A DNA stretch of 63,982 nucleotides, filler included, from Sphacelaria rigidula (lineage: Eukaryota), in assembly GCA_964200075.2 (NCBI GenBank). It is 9 parts of 9 records of this genome, joined end to end, with 100 filler letters (N's around TTAATTAATTAA, not from the genome) between each part and the next. Parts side by side here need not be neighbours in the genome. Positions count along the whole stretch, not along the records: positions 7,123 to 14,143 come from CAXNAA020016921.1; positions 14,244 to 21,264 come from CAXNAA020016922.1; positions 21,365 to 28,384 come from CAXNAA020016923.1; 6 more parts are not named here. One strand, 5' to 3'. Numbering within the stretch: position 1 is the stretch's first letter; each line of letters opens with the position of its first letter. The notes below the pieces were generated by a model, which had not been told where the DNA came from, searched no databases, and saw only the letters and a program-made list of their open reading frames with translations. The position numbers and the translations under genes were made by a program. Shown one piece after another: positions 12,566 to 25,691 of the stretch.

Positions 12566-13868
12566 TGAAAACAGACCACAGGCACACAGACAGACAGACA
12601 GACAGACAGACAGGATGTCGTGGCCTTCCTGTATGTGCCCGAGGCAACGCTGAGAGTGACAACATCGGAAGGTGGCCATGAACAGCGCACTTTCTGACGA
12701 GCAAGGAGACGGGGGGGGGGGGGGGGCTACAGTACACCATCAGTCATCCTACGCCACTTTTTTACGACAACGAACACCGAAGTACGCATTGATCAGGTGA
12801 TCGGGTGATGAAGGAGCTATGCTATTTTCGAAATGGGTTCTCCCGTTTCGTCCAAGTTTCTTCGCGAGAAACATCCATGATTGCACACTCGAGTTGCTGT
12901 GGCGAAAGAGACAGACCAGAGATTAGCTGTAAGCTTTGACCCTACCCGAGAACCCTCACCATACCGCATTGCACTTTCGCGGCTTCGCGGTGTGAATTGC
13001 GGAATCGAGGCCCAGTTGTTTCTGAGATCAGACTCATGCTGCCGCACTAGGAAATGAGATGCCTCGTGTGTGTATACTTGCGGGATAAGGCAAAATGAAC
13101 ACCTGTTCATGGTCGTGGGTCAGAGCTTCTCGAGGGGAAACAAACATCAAGGAAACTTTCGTGGAACAGGGCGGCAACCCCCGCCCAGTCCCGTCCCGTC
13201 TTTCCTTATTCCGTTTTCCCATTCTTGTACCGTCCTTCCGGGCCCCCGTGGCTATTTTCCAGTCATTGTCCGTGGCTATTTGGGTGCTGATTTCTCGCTT
13301 GTTGAGAAATAAAGCTGTGCGACTTACGTCGTTCGACGCATCGTAACACGGTGTAAAGTGCAAGGTCAGGGTGATCGTACAACAGCACCTATGGATAGCA
13401 GAAGTAGAGTACAAACATCGCAGATATATCTAGTCTCGAGATTGTCAGGGCCATCAGAGACAGTCTCTGCCAGTCGTTACCTCTGTCATACTTTTTCAGC
13501 CACTTCGTATTGTATTCCACCTCTACTTGCGCCAGCGTTTCTGCTCGATCAGCTCTACCGCCACAAGCGTCGGCATATGCAGCTAGCCGCCTGTAGGCGC
13601 ATCTCACCGCATTTCCAACATTGCTGCATGGGGGTGACTGTGACAAGCAGCAAAACGTAATAATGAGCAAAAAAAATCGCATGTCATGCAAGACGAACCG
13701 CTATCACGATACGGTATACAGTATGCAAGATAACCTTGGATTGTGCCACTGCAAGCTCGTCAGCATGCACACACCGTAACGCAAACATGCACCATGTCTC
13801 GTCGGGGAGCAGTTACGCTACGAGCACCGCGTGGTAACCGTCCAGCCAGGTTACCCTGAGTCATGCCA

Positions 13869-14101
13869 CGATAGGGGGGGGGGGGTTCGATTCCACGAAA
13901 AAATGGGCTCATAAATGCTTCAGACGACGAACCACACTCGCGGTGTGCTCGTATTTGGGTAAAAGCGGTGTCAAGCAGTGTGAATGAGCGTTATTTATCG
14001 AAAGCAAGCGCGTTTGAAGAACCTTTGTTGCCTTTAACGACGATTTAAAGTGGAATTTCGTGGGGGAAAACGGCCCAAAATACCCCCCCCCCCCCCTATC
14101 G
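13869..14101 (+). mobile_element. ~230-bp element bounded by poly(G) and poly(C) inverted termini
   Basis: cgata(G)12 ... (C)14tatcg. The internal core cactcgcggtgtgctcgtatttgggtaaaagcggtgtcaagcag is shared with copies at 35986-36267 (+) and 39416-39675 (-). Confidence 0.7.
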
Positions 14102-14243
14102 GCGCGCTGGCGTTTTTTCTTTCCCGGTAACCATGGTGGTAGTNNNNNNNNNNNNNNNNNNNNNNNNNNNNNNNNNNNNNNNNNNNNTTAATTAATTAAN
14201 NNNNNNNNNNNNNNNNNNNNNNNNNNNNNNNNNNNNNNNNNNN

Positions 14244-14279
14244 TACCGCGCAGATATCGGAACGGCTTTTAATGTGGAG

Positions 14280-14315
<36 letters not shown>

Positions 14316-14320
14316 TAACA
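14244..14320 (+). mobile_element. Retroelement 3' end with (CAA)n tail
   Basis: atcggaacggcttttaatgtggagacaacaacaac...; nearly the same sequence starts contig 8 (49845-49911). Confidence 0.7.
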
Positions 14321-17300
14321 ACTGCACTACTTCGGTTATTCCGACGATCTTCATTCTAACGATGAACCGTAACTAGTTCAACCCCTGATTCGAGTATGTA
14401 TATTCGGAACTGTTATTTCTCAACTTCCAACAGAAGGTGTCCTGGGCATAGTACAGTGTTGACAGACCTACAGGCGCCGATTTGGACAAGAAGCCTTCTG
14501 CGCACGCCAGCAAGCACGCAGGACCGGCAGCCTATTCAAGATGCGAATCTCGAATCTCCGTCACCTCTGTAGAGTAGTACCGTATCAACCATGAACGGTG
14601 AACGAAACCAAACAGGGACAAACTCCACTGCCAGATCCAAAGGGTATGACATGCTAGAATGTCATACCCTTTGGCCAGATCTTGGCCGTTCCAGCTCGTT
14701 GTTTCCGACTGCTTCTTTTTTCCCGTGACGGAAAGAAGAAAACTAATCCAACACCTACGCCACAAGTATGAAGCTGGGGGCAGGCCGAGGAAATTTCGAC
14801 TCGAAGCAAGCACTTGGGTGTGTCAGTCTCACGCAAGATGCGAGTGTCGGTATCACACTGGGTGATCCTGTTAGGCGAACTGTTGTAAATGCTACTGTTC
14901 TACTCGTAGGATCGCAGCCTCTTAATGTTCCGTGTTCGTAACTTCACAACCCGCCTGTCTCTGTGTTGCCGAGACTTTTGTCGGTATGCTGTACTTGTAG
15001 CGCGGCGAACAAATGACGTGAAAGAGAATTGGAAGTGACAACAGTGCCAACGACAATTCATCGCTGATGCTGCCGCTGTCCTGGCGACGACAATAACCGT
15101 GTGTCCGCCAGAGCATGACAAACATCAGACACACCACACGATACTTGTGCAACACAACTGGCAGCGATTACGCACGGCAGCTTCTTCGGAACAAGTTATC
15201 AGTACTGCTGCGAAAGCTGCGTCAGATCAACCACCTGTCGGGCACTGTGGCATCCCACAACTATCAGGCAGCTATCTAGACGCAAGCAACACCATGTGGT
15301 GAGTGCTATATAAACGCACGGACGGATTAACCCACCGGTGAACGTGTGCAAACTGTAGAAATCACGTACAGGCGGAGGGCGTATCACACGACCCCGCCCC
15401 CCTTCGGTGCAGAGACAAGTACCGTTCCCGCACCTCCTCTCCTCTCTCGAGGACGCGTGCTGCCGGGAAGTTACAGTTTTTCGTTATTCATCGAGACCCC
15501 TCCGGAACCTATTCTGTTCTTTTTGTCTTCAGGCATGGTCCAGGTTCAACTCTTCGTCACACTCTTGTCGGTTTTGACATGGATTGCCTGGCGTATCGCG
15601 TCCGCGATCAAATGTTAATCTCCTCGAACTTGGCCGTGAGGGAAACCAGTCTATTACTCTATATGGGCGTGTTTTGATGAGCTTTTTTATGTCTTCTATG
15701 CAGAGTGTGTGCCATCGCCAACCTTTCATATTGCACGAATATTGCTGAAGGGTGTGCGGTCAGGAACCTTCGAAATTGGATGTCTAGAGGATGAGCGAGC
15801 TCATGTAGGGTGTTCATTCCGTATACCAAAAGAGTAGTATAACCTATACGCGATGTCAGCTGCTGCTGTAAAGTTCGTTGTGCGTACACTCCTCGCAGGA
15901 GTGCGATCTACTTTAGTACGGCACTCTACACAGACAGAACGCAAACAGTACCATACCATAACATACAGCAGTGGCGAACAGCTTTTTCACGTTTGTCTTG
16001 ACAGAGCTGTACAATTCTCTTTTCTACGCTGTAGTGCGCAACTCTCGCAAACCAGAAGACAACACTGTATTGGCCTGCTATCGAAAAGAAAGTGCGGTGA
16101 AGTGCCGTCTGCACCTCTTCACTCTGAAAACCGTGGTGCCCCTCAAAGTTCATAGCGGAACGAAAAAGCACCGCGCCCACCTTCAAATAATCATGGTCAC
16201 GGCCAGCTCCAAATCAATACACCTTAACAAGCCAAGTAGGACATCCATCACAACTGCCATGCCCATCAGAATGGGTCATTCACGAGGTAGAAACGCTTGG
16301 CATCGCAATCAGAAGATCCGTATCAGCATCCGCTTGGTTGTGTTCCGTTAAAATTCAAATACAGGTACTCGGCGGGTACACGACATTGCCTTGGGTGCAG
16401 TTCCCCACCCTTGCCAGCTTCAGCTGGAAGAAGATGGGTTGAACGCTTCGTAGTCTACAGCGCACAAGCAGTACTGCACCTGGCTGCATTGCCATTCCGT
16501 TAGAGATCATGATGTCTTGCACCACGGTCATGGGTGGCATGTTGAAAAACTATTACAGTGCGGCCTTGTTTGTTGTTCGGAAGTGCGACGTACTGGACTA
16601 GCTACTGTATCGCTGTGGGTTCACCGTACCGCAATCCACTGTTGTAGGGTTCTGCATTGCACTATCTGCACTGCACTGTCTGTACTCCACGCTGCACAGC
16701 ACTACAGCACTACAACAGTGCACTGTAGTGTGCTGCAGTAGATTGAAGTATTGCAGGTGCAGTGGAGCGTATAGTGCACGGTACGTACGGTACAGCAGGG
16801 TACGTTATAGCTGTGCGGACTTGCTTATGCATTTTTGAACTGGGCGCTGGTCGATCGCACATTTGCCAGGGCAACCTGGGTTCAAACACTGCGACAAGAA
16901 AAAATCACGTCAAGCCACGTCACATTAGCTTCCGCAATGAACCTTTTAGCGTCCACTCTGAAGTTTCGACGCTTCCAGTCTGGACTCCGACTCTATGATG
17001 GGGAATTCCCCCCCCCCCGAAACTCTCTAATATGCCCTATTCTTTGTCCATACAAAAGTTGAGGGTCCAACTCTAAATATTTGCCGGAGAATAAGCCCCT
17101 CAGTAACCGGGTCGCTACAAATTCGAAACAGTACTTTGCAGGCCACTTACCGGCCCATCTTTGGTGTTCGTGTATTGAAATTTTGTGTGTGACCTCGCTA
17201 GGGCATAATGAACAAGTAAAAGTGGGTCAGGTTGGCATTCATGGATCGAATTTCACTGGTTTATGGCGTTTTAGGATAGTAACAACCATCTTTTTCTGAG

Positions 17301-19053
17301 AGTGCCCGAACCCCTCCCCTCCTTCCCCCCGCAAAAAGTTGAAGGCCCGTTTTTTCTTATTCAGCATACAGGCTGGGCCAGCCTACAAGCGGATTTGTAC
17401 TTTGCAGGCGAGTTCGCAATTTTTTTCTTGGAGTTGGAAAGTGAAATTTGGTATGGACATGAAAAGCTGTCTGTGAGGTCCCAACGATTTTTTTCTTAAG
17501 GGCATTTTACTAAAACCTCAAAACCGATTTTTACCTTTGATTCACGAAAAAAAATAAATCGCCGGGACCTCACAGACAGCTTTTCTTCATGCCCTGTTGA
17601 TTGTCCATACGAAATTTCACTTTCCTACTCTAAGAAAAAAATTGCGAATTTACCTTTGAAAAACCGAGGCGGCGGAAATTCGGAACAGTATTTTGACGGC
17701 CATTTATCGGCCCACGTTTGGTGTTTGTGGGTTGAAACTTTGTGTGGGATCTTACTAGGTCGTGATGAACCAAGAAAAATGGGTGATGTTGGGTTTTATT
17801 ATTTTTCTCACTGATTGAGGGCGTTTTAGTATGGTAGCGATGAATTTTTTACGAGAACGCCCGAACCTCTCATGAAAAGAAACAAAATGAAGGCCCATTT
17901 TGTTTACTCGGCATATCTCTGCCGTTTTCCATGCCAAGTTTCAAATCACAATTATAAAAATTGAGCTGAAAAATTGAGATAAGGCCCAAGAGCAATGTTC
18001 ATTTCTCCTCAAAACCTCCCTAAAAACACGAAAAAATATGAGAAAAAACGAAGAAAAACCCCGAAACAGCTGTATTTCTTATTTCATTATGTACTGGCTG
18101 TTCTCCGTACCAAATTTCATAGCACAACTGTCAAAAACTGACACGCGATATTCAGATTTAGGTCATCTAGTGCCTCTGCTCGTAATATGCTGATTTTCGT
18201 ATAGAACATTATGTGCGCTATTTCTCGAGATAGATGACGAATTAGGTTGAGGTGAGGGTACCTATCGTCTCCCCGTGCTCCAGGGAAGGTCCACACCAAC
18301 ATCAGGGTACCTATCGTCTCCCCGTGCTCCAGGGAAGGTCCACACCACCATCATCCGCTCGATCGATCGTTCGAGGTTTCATATAGATTTTAATGTGGAC
18401 GCTATCTCCGCTAGGTATAAGAATTACTATACATGGGGTTTCCTCGACGAGAAAGAATTGGCCCAGATTTTTTAGCAGATGGGCACGTTCCCCTTGATTA
18501 GATGATTAATACGATATGCGGATCACGGCCCAACTCGTCTGTGTCGTTGAGATATCGCTTTGAGGGCTTAAATCCGTTTTTAGGCTGGCCCAGCCCGTAC
18601 CTCTGTGGTTCTTCATGTTAGATTTCAAATCACAATTCCGACAATGGAGCTAAAGAAATATGATGAAGGCCCAAGAGCAACATCCATTTCCCCTCAAAAC
18701 TCCCCTGAAAAACCAAAAATTAAAAATGTTGTTTCATTTTTTACTATTTTCATTTTATCCTATTATGCACAAACGGTTCTTTGTTCGAAATTTCACCGCA
18801 CAAGTCTCAAAAACTGAGACGTGATATCCAGGTTTGAGGCATGTAATGCCTCTGCTCGTAAGATGTTGATTTTGATATGAAACCTTATGTGCGCTGTATT
18901 TCGGGATAGATTACGAATTAGGCGGAGGTGAGGGTATCTATCGTCTCCCCGTGCTCGAGGGAATGTCCACACCAAAAATCGTTGTCATCCGGTCAATGTA
19001 TCTTTCGGGTTTTGATATAGATTTCAGTACGGACGCTGTCTTCGTACGGTATA

Positions 19054-19810
19054 AACAGCGGATTCTAAAAAATGAGGTTGAACAAAAAGTGAGGTTCAAC
19101 TCAAAAGCAGTGCTTCCTTCACCCAAAATCATAACAAATTACTATCATATGAACGACCTCATCCCTCCCGACCTCCCTGGAACTATTTCGGGAGTTTTCT
19201 AGCCGTCCGTTCTCTCAAAGGGTATGTACGAAAGCATATTTTTGCCTCGACATGGGGGTGAAAATAGGGACGCTGTTTGGTCTCAAAATCGTGCTTTCGC
19301 CCATACCCTTCGGGGGAATGGAAGGCTAGAAATCCCCCGAAATAGTTATAGGGAGGTCGGAAGGGATGCACACGCGGCCATTTGGCTATCTCCCAAAATC
19401 CCTCCAGAGGGATGCGCGGCTCTCCAGAGGCGAAACAAGCCTCCGGAGGCCTCCAATCCCTCTGAAGGAAACCAAACACTACCGACCCGGAGGGCCGAGC
19501 ACCCCTCCGGAGGAATTTGGGGGTGTGCGCGGCCCTCCAGAGGCAAAAACAAGCCTCCGGAGGCGTTTAATCCCTCTGGGAGGAAACAAAGAATCTCCTC
19601 TGGAGGGCCGCGCATCTCCCCGGAGGCGTTTAATTCCTCTGGAGGCTTGAAAAGTTTGCCAACCTGCAGGAATTTGGGGGGCAGCCAAATGGCCGCGTGT
19701 GTGAGGTCGTGCATAAGACAGTCATTCGTCATGACTTGAGGCCAGGGAAAGCACTGCTTTTGAGTTGAACCCCACTTTTTGTCAAAACCCATTTTTGAGA
19801 ACCCGCTGTT
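19054..19810. mobile_element. Fold-back MITE (AACAG...CTGTT termini, 4-bp TSD) with a nested insertion
   Basis: Long inverted arms, flanks tata/cata. It interrupts host sequence that is contiguous at ~18415 and ~22452. Same family as 60819-61240. Confidence 0.85.
19369..19701. mobile_element. CACTA/CMC-like MITE with 2-bp TSD, nested in the fold-back MITE
   Basis: Perfect 19-bp TIR cacacgcggccatttggct / agccaaatggccgcgtgtg, TG duplicated on both sides, many internal cctccggagg palindromes. Confidence 0.85.
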
Positions 19811-19909
19811 CATAGGAATTACTAGATATGGGGTTTTATCGATGAGACAATATTGGCCTAGACTATTGGGCAGATGTGCACCTCCCCCTTGATTACACGA
19901 TTAATACGA

Positions 19910-20600
19910 CACTAGTGGTGAGCCACGGCTCCACGCGTGTGGCAGCAGTGCCGCGGGTATGAACACCACGGGTCTTAAACACCCGGAGGTCTGAACAAAA
20001 ATGGCCGAGAGGGAAGAGCGACCCTAATCTTAACCGTAATTTATTGGTATTAGCAGATGAGGACTTTCATCCCCATCAAGGGGTGCTAGTCGGGGGGATC
20101 CTGAACTCCGAAGAGTGTCCGGGCTGTTCGAGGACATTTTATCGACCATCAACCATATTTCTTCCTTTCTTTGGATACGCTTGATTTAAACTACATGCTT
20201 GACACGGAGAAACTGTGCGTTCAAGTCACGCCCTCCCAATTCAAACGCCACCTCCACCTCCACGCAGCTGATACATCCCGGGAGCTAACCCTTCTTTCAA
20301 GTGCTTTTCAAGCTCACCCTTAAATCCCCGCGAAAAAGTACTTTCCGGACTTTTTCGTCGGACGCGGGACGTGCCCTGGAAAAGGTTACAGCCCGTCGCC
20401 TTCAATTGAAATAAAGCAAATGGAAAATAAGCACGGGCGGAAGGAACTGTGGAGAGAACGTCGAACGGGAGATCTCAGCAGAAGCTACGCAACCACTACG
20501 AAAGGAGAGAGTAAGCGTGACCGCTAGGGATGCTAAACTGGGGGGAAGTGTTCGCCCCCGAAAAGTGTCCGAGCTGTTCGACGACACCTCACCGCCTACA
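19910..20600 (+). mobile_element. Probable CACTA element left end (right boundary not seen)
   Basis: The host repeat (ttaatacga|tatgcgg at ~18510) breaks exactly at CACTAGTGGTG. Confidence 0.5.
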
Positions 20601-20611
20601 GACCACTCTGG

Positions 20612-21020
20612 ACGGAGGATCCTGAGAAATGAGGTTGAACGTAAGAATGAGGTCCAACTTCAGAACAATGCTTTTCTGACCTCAAGTAGTGACATATGAC
20701 TTTCATACATGGACGGCCTCATCCCCCCCCCGATCTCCCCGAAACCATTTTGAGGGGTTTCCACGACTCCGTTCCCCCACAGGATATGACTATGTGCGAA
20801 AAACCATTATCGGGCTGAAAAGCGTCTCCTTTTTTACCCCTGAATCGAGGCAAAAGTGCGTTCTCGCACATATCCTCTGGTACAACCAACGGAACGCTGG
20901 AAACCCCCCCCAACATAGTTTCAGGGAGATGTGGGGAGATGAGGTCGTCCATATATGAAAGTCATACGTCACTACTCTTCTGTAGGTCAGGAAAGCACCG
21001 TTCTGGAGTTGAACGTCATT
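20612..21020. mobile_element. Diverged copy of the fold-back MITE
   Basis: gagaaatgaggttgaacgtaagaatgagg...tggagttgaacgtcatt with inverted arms; the right arm is interrupted at TTAA. Confidence 0.75.
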
Positions 21021-21024
21021 TTAA

Positions 21025-21264
21025 CCCTTTTGGGACCGGGCCCCCAGAACGACCAATGAGGCTAGTCAGGAATGACGTGTCTGGCGTCTGCACGAAACAG
21101 TGCCGTTTTGCTGAAAATCCGCGTACGTAACCGCAGGGTTGTTATGACGAAGACCGAAAGTTTCATCCAATCTCTTTTCAGGTGCAGGGTGCGCATGAGG
21201 TGGTATGCATCTGATGTAGCAAGCAGTATGAGTCGTCGTAAAAGGCTTCCAACAGGATGCGGCG
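21025..21264. mobile_element. piggyBac-like element end
   Basis: TTAA|cccttttgggaccgggc...; a second copy TTAA|ctcttttgggaccgggc... starts at 63091, and similarity begins exactly after TTAA. Confidence 0.75.
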
Positions 21265-21749
21265 NNNNNNNNNNNNNNNNNNNNNNNNNNNNNNNNNNNN
21301 NNNNNNNNTTAATTAATTAANNNNNNNNNNNNNNNNNNNNNNNNNNNNNNNNNNNNNNNNNNNNAAAAAAAAAAAGAAAAAAAAAACGAAAAAAAAAAAA
21401 AAAAAAAAAAAAAAAATGCTACGAGCTGGGCCAGTCTGAGGCGGATTTAAAGTTTGAAGGCCCATGCACCGGCCAATATGTAAAGTTGGAGCATAAAATT
21501 TTGTATGGACACAAAAGCATGGGACATGAAACAAAATGAGGAGTGCGTCAATTTTTTTTTCCCTCTGTTCATGTGTTGAGGGATTTTTGCTGGTACCTGA
21601 CAGCTGAAAACTGATTGTTGACCTTGACTCAGGGAGATTTTTTTTTGGCACGAGCGTGATTTTTTTTTTTGCCCCACGCATCGTCCGAAGCAAATTTACG
21701 CTGCGACTCTAAATATTGGCCGGCGAATTCGCCTTCTTAAAACCGGGTC

Positions 21750-22640
21750 GGTAGAAATTCGGAACAGTTTTTCGCAGGCCACTCACCGGCCCACGTGTGG
21801 TTTTTGTGTTTTGAAATTTTGTGTGGGCCCTCGCTAGGGCATAATTAACGAACTCAGTGGGTCAGGTCCATTTTCTTTCGATTTTCTTCACTGGTTTTGG
21901 GCGTTTTAGTATGGTAAAGACCATTTTTTTCACGAGAACGCCTCAACCTCTTATTAAAAAAATATGAAGGTCCATTTTTTTTCGGCACACCTTCGTGGTT
22001 ATCCATGCTAAGTTTCGTATCAAAATTCTGAAAAATGAGCTAAAATATTGAGATAGGGCCTAAGAGCAATGTTCATTTATCCTCAAAACTCCACAAAAAC
22101 ACGAACAAAATAAAGGCAAATGAAAAAATACGAAAAATGGTAATATTCTGTTCAGTTTATTTCACTATGCTCTAGCGGTTCTCCATACCAAATTTCATAG
22201 CACAACCCTCGTAAACCAAGACACGATATCCAGATCAAGGGCATTCAGCACTTCTGGCCGTGATATTTGGATTTTGGTATAAAAACTTATGTGCGTCATA
22301 TCTCGAGATAGACTACGAATTAGGTGGAGGTGAGGCTATCTATCGTCTCCCCGTGATCCAGGGATGGTCCACACCAGAACTCGTCATCATGCGCTGAATG
22401 TATCGTTCGGGATTCCATATAACTCGTAGTGTGGACGCCATCGCCGTGCGGTATAGGAATCACTATATATGAAGTTTACTCAACGAGGAAACATTGGCCA
22501 AGAGTTTTGAGCAGATGGGCACCTTTCCCTTGGTTAGACGATTAAAACGATATGCGGATCGCGGCCCAACTCGGCTGTGTCGACGAGATATGGCTTTGAG
22601 AGCATAAATCAATTTTTAGGCTAGCCCAGCTCGTACAAGC
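21750..22640. repeat. Copy of the large non-autonomous repeat of contig 3
   Basis: Colinear similarity with ~17670-18600, without the nested insertions. Confidence 0.8.
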
Positions 22641-23514
22641 GGACTGGAATGTTGGAAACGACCAATAACAAATGTTTACGGTTCGTGCTTGTTACTCCGC
22701 ATCATCAGACCAATACGACAGCGGTGGCCATCATCGAAATCCCCTACACTCCCCATTGCAGTGGCACTGCGCACAACAATAGTGCGCTTATACCGGACTG
22801 GTAGCCAGCACACCGCAATGGTGACACCCCCCCTGTTCCTGCAATTTTGCGAGTCGTAGTGTATCCCCAAAACAAGGGGAAAAATGAAAAAACCCACCAG
22901 TGCGAAATACGTCAGTGGAATCTAGACTGAACGTGGTGAAAGAATAAAAATTGAACATGTTTCGCACCTCTTGGGGGAAACAAATCCTGGAAAATCTACT
23001 ACAGCAGCGAGTCAGCACGGTAGCACGCCAACGTGATTTGAATCTTCGGGCTGAACCACAGACCACCTTTTTTACTTTCACATCGTGTCTTCTCGCACAG
23101 AGCTCACCGTGAGCTCCATCGCCGGACCTCAGTCCATCGGACACTCATGTCTCCTTCAAAAATCGTACACATGGGGGGTCCCACCCCAGCGCGGTCAAAA
23201 TCAAACAGGATCTATCTGCTTTACTAATATCGAAAAAACGCCCCAACCAGTGTAGTGGGGGGTTCCGGCATTGTGCAGTTATGCTGGGCTGGCGAACAAA
23301 CGCGTTGCTACTACTCTTGGACCTCCACTGTATCTCGGAAGAGGTACGACTTTCACAGCCAAGTGCTTTTTTTGTAGGATACGTTCGTGTACTCATATCG
23401 AGGTCCGGGACTCATAGCTTCCTCCCAGCTTCACGCGAGAAATATGATTTCTCAGAAACGTTCTTCGTTTGCGTCAAACTGTCACCCCCCCCCCCCCCAA
23501 CAGACCTATCTTTC

Positions 23515-23809
23515 CCCCCGTACACGCCTTACATGTCAGTCTCGCGGATTAGATCAGCCCCGCCGCACCGCGTCGACTCTCTTGACATGAAATGTTCTTC
23601 ACTACACGCATTCTCAAGTTTTCAACTGACGCTCGGGAGACCACGCAATGGTCACAAGATGGGCATCCCTATGGTAAACAAGACGAGAACGCGCGCTAAT
23701 GGAAAAATGAACGACTTCTTCAGGAAACGGCCAAGGGCATCTACTACCGAGATTCGAACCCTGAATCCCTTCGCCCCAACAGGTTCCAGCTACCAGTAAG
23801 AACCCCGCG
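23515..23809 (-). mobile_element. tRNA-derived SINE, family S1 (diverged)
   Basis: B-box GGTTCGAATC on the minus strand (~23750-23760). Body tctcgcggattagatcagccccgccgcaccgcgtc is shared with ~34797-34835. Confidence 0.6.
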
Positions 23810-23811
23810 CT

Positions 23812-23990
23812 AGTGCAGAAGCTCAGAAGAGTTGGGCGGGGCTTGCACTGCGCCAACGTTGAGAGGGGGTTATGGTGGGTTCGACTCCCACACTGCCTTG
23901 AGCGAAGCTTTCCGAACGCTCCAGTCGCCTACCCCACATGGATACCGCGAGGCGATCCATCCGAGCCTCCGGGTAAATGTTGGGTAAGAT
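23812..23990 (+). mobile_element. tRNA-derived SINE, family S2
   Basis: A-box-like gaagctcagaag and B-box ggttcgactccc. Body gctttccgaacgct...gcctaccccacatg is shared with 61925-62131 (-). Confidence 0.65.
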
Positions 23991-25691
23991 TTCTCCCTTC
24001 ATTCCAGGGAGGAAAAAAAAGTGCCGGGGCGCGACGAGTCAAATGTATCAAGTGTTTTGCGCGGCCCGGTCCCCTGACGCAATGGTCTGCCGAGTGCTGG
24101 ATTATCAAAGCAGCCCGCCCACCAAAATACGTCACCATCGCAGCGGTGAGAATACAAACTAACTTGAATGCCCCCAAACACAAGTGTAAAGGGAGATTAT
24201 TTATAGGCTGAATCTTGTGGGGGCGATCGTTGACAATAGTCCTGAGAAGACGCCGTTCGCGTCGCTGTTGGTACACAGCAACTGCTAAAAGACACCCCAC
24301 GCGGAAAAATCGAACCTTTTCAGTCGAGATCCTGGACAAAAAAACAAGGGATGAATGTACGTCGTTTTGGACCTTTTTGGCAAGACATTGAGCTCTTTTT
24401 TGAACGACAGACAAACCAGGAAAAAGTGATAAACGTACGGTACTTTGGACCGTGACGCATGCTGATTATTGAACTTCTTTCTTCTTTTCATGTCTGTTTC
24501 CATCCCACTTTTGTACAAACATTCGCTTCCCTAGGACGAGCCGGTAGTCTTCACTGACCAGCGCATGCCTCCTCTGGTGCGTACATGCCTGACATTCTGG
24601 GTATCGTGGATTTTTGGGTCAGCACCGCGTCGACATCCAGCAGCTTTTCATTGCTAATCACGCCCTCAAGACTTCAACGACCGGGATCAGATACTCCTCA
24701 GAACATATATACATATCTATATGTGTGTGTACACATCAACCGGGATTCGAAGCCTCAACTTCGCCGTACCCGTTTTCGGAAGGTACAAGCTACAACACAG
24801 GGGCGCTGCCGCATACCTGTACTGCGCAAAAGGAACTCCTGCACCGGTCGCTGCAGAGGTGCCGTGACAACGACCTGTACCTTGATATGCCCCGAACAAC
24901 GGAATGCCGCGCCTCAGCGGGGTAACACTGACACATCGAAGAGCTGGTGAGGCCAGAAGGTTACGGAATCGAATTTCGATAGACGCGCATCCTCTCTTCG
25001 AAATATGTGAGGCCGTGAGTAGCGAAACAGCTTTGCTCCACGGGAGTCGACGGGGTGCGCGGGAGTGACTACCGACCCAATTGGCGATACCAAAGAGTGC
25101 TGGGCAAGTACAGAAGAAGCGAGGGGCTGATCCATTGAGACCATGGATTTGTACCGGGGAGTCGTAAGGTTAACAAAGCATGATGAGAAACGAAGGGGGA
25201 GGACATCCTGTAGCACAGGAACAACGGGCTGGGCCATGTACCTCCCGTCCCCCAAGCAACAACACGACAGCCTCACATCTCATTCCTCGAAGAATGGTAA
25301 GCCATGGCACCTACAAACGCGTCCCACTCATCTCACATTCCCACTTTCACGCGAAGACGCTTTACGGGGTTCCAGCTAGAACAGTTGGAAGAAAGAATTT
25401 TCGAACTGATGTAGACAAAATCTTGCGGCAACGATGACGCTCATGATTCAAAACGTGCCTCCTTCGGTTCGTCGGCATTGCAGAGGATTTTGTGATGCAT
25501 GCCGTTTCACGTCCGGTCGGAAAAACAAACAAACAAACAAACGAGTGATCATGTCAAGCCGAGTCATAACTTGGAAAAACCGAACTTGTCCCTCGCAGAC
25601 AAAAGAAAAAAAACGACCCCTATCACACAATCTTTCACACCAGGCGCGCACACCATTCGCGTACTTGCCCTCCCCCGGAACGTGTACATAC

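Larger units (their letters stand above)
17110..19909. repeat. Large non-autonomous repeat with internal block duplications; hosts nested insertions
   Basis: Block ~17118 resembles ~17675 and block ~17925 resembles ~18605. Internal inverted repeat ~17405-17485 vs ~17563-17650; 49-bp tandem duplication 18255-18352. A colinear copy lies in contig 4 (~21750-22640). Confidence 0.8.

Noticed and set aside
13477-13590. Candidate upstream exon of the TPR-GT gene (RLAAYADACGG...KKYDR)
   Set aside because: It has plausible AG/GT ends, but its phase does not match the exon at 12237 without an unidentified intervening exon.
15560-15890. HELAH (HExxH-like) and WFPS...IAD (RNase H-like) fragments on the minus strand
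   Set aside because: The fragments are in different frames with stops. Possibly a decayed LINE, but not supportable without a search.
21365-21416. Poly(A) tract as a retroposon tail
   Set aside because: It lies at a contig start with no upstream context and may be low-quality sequence.
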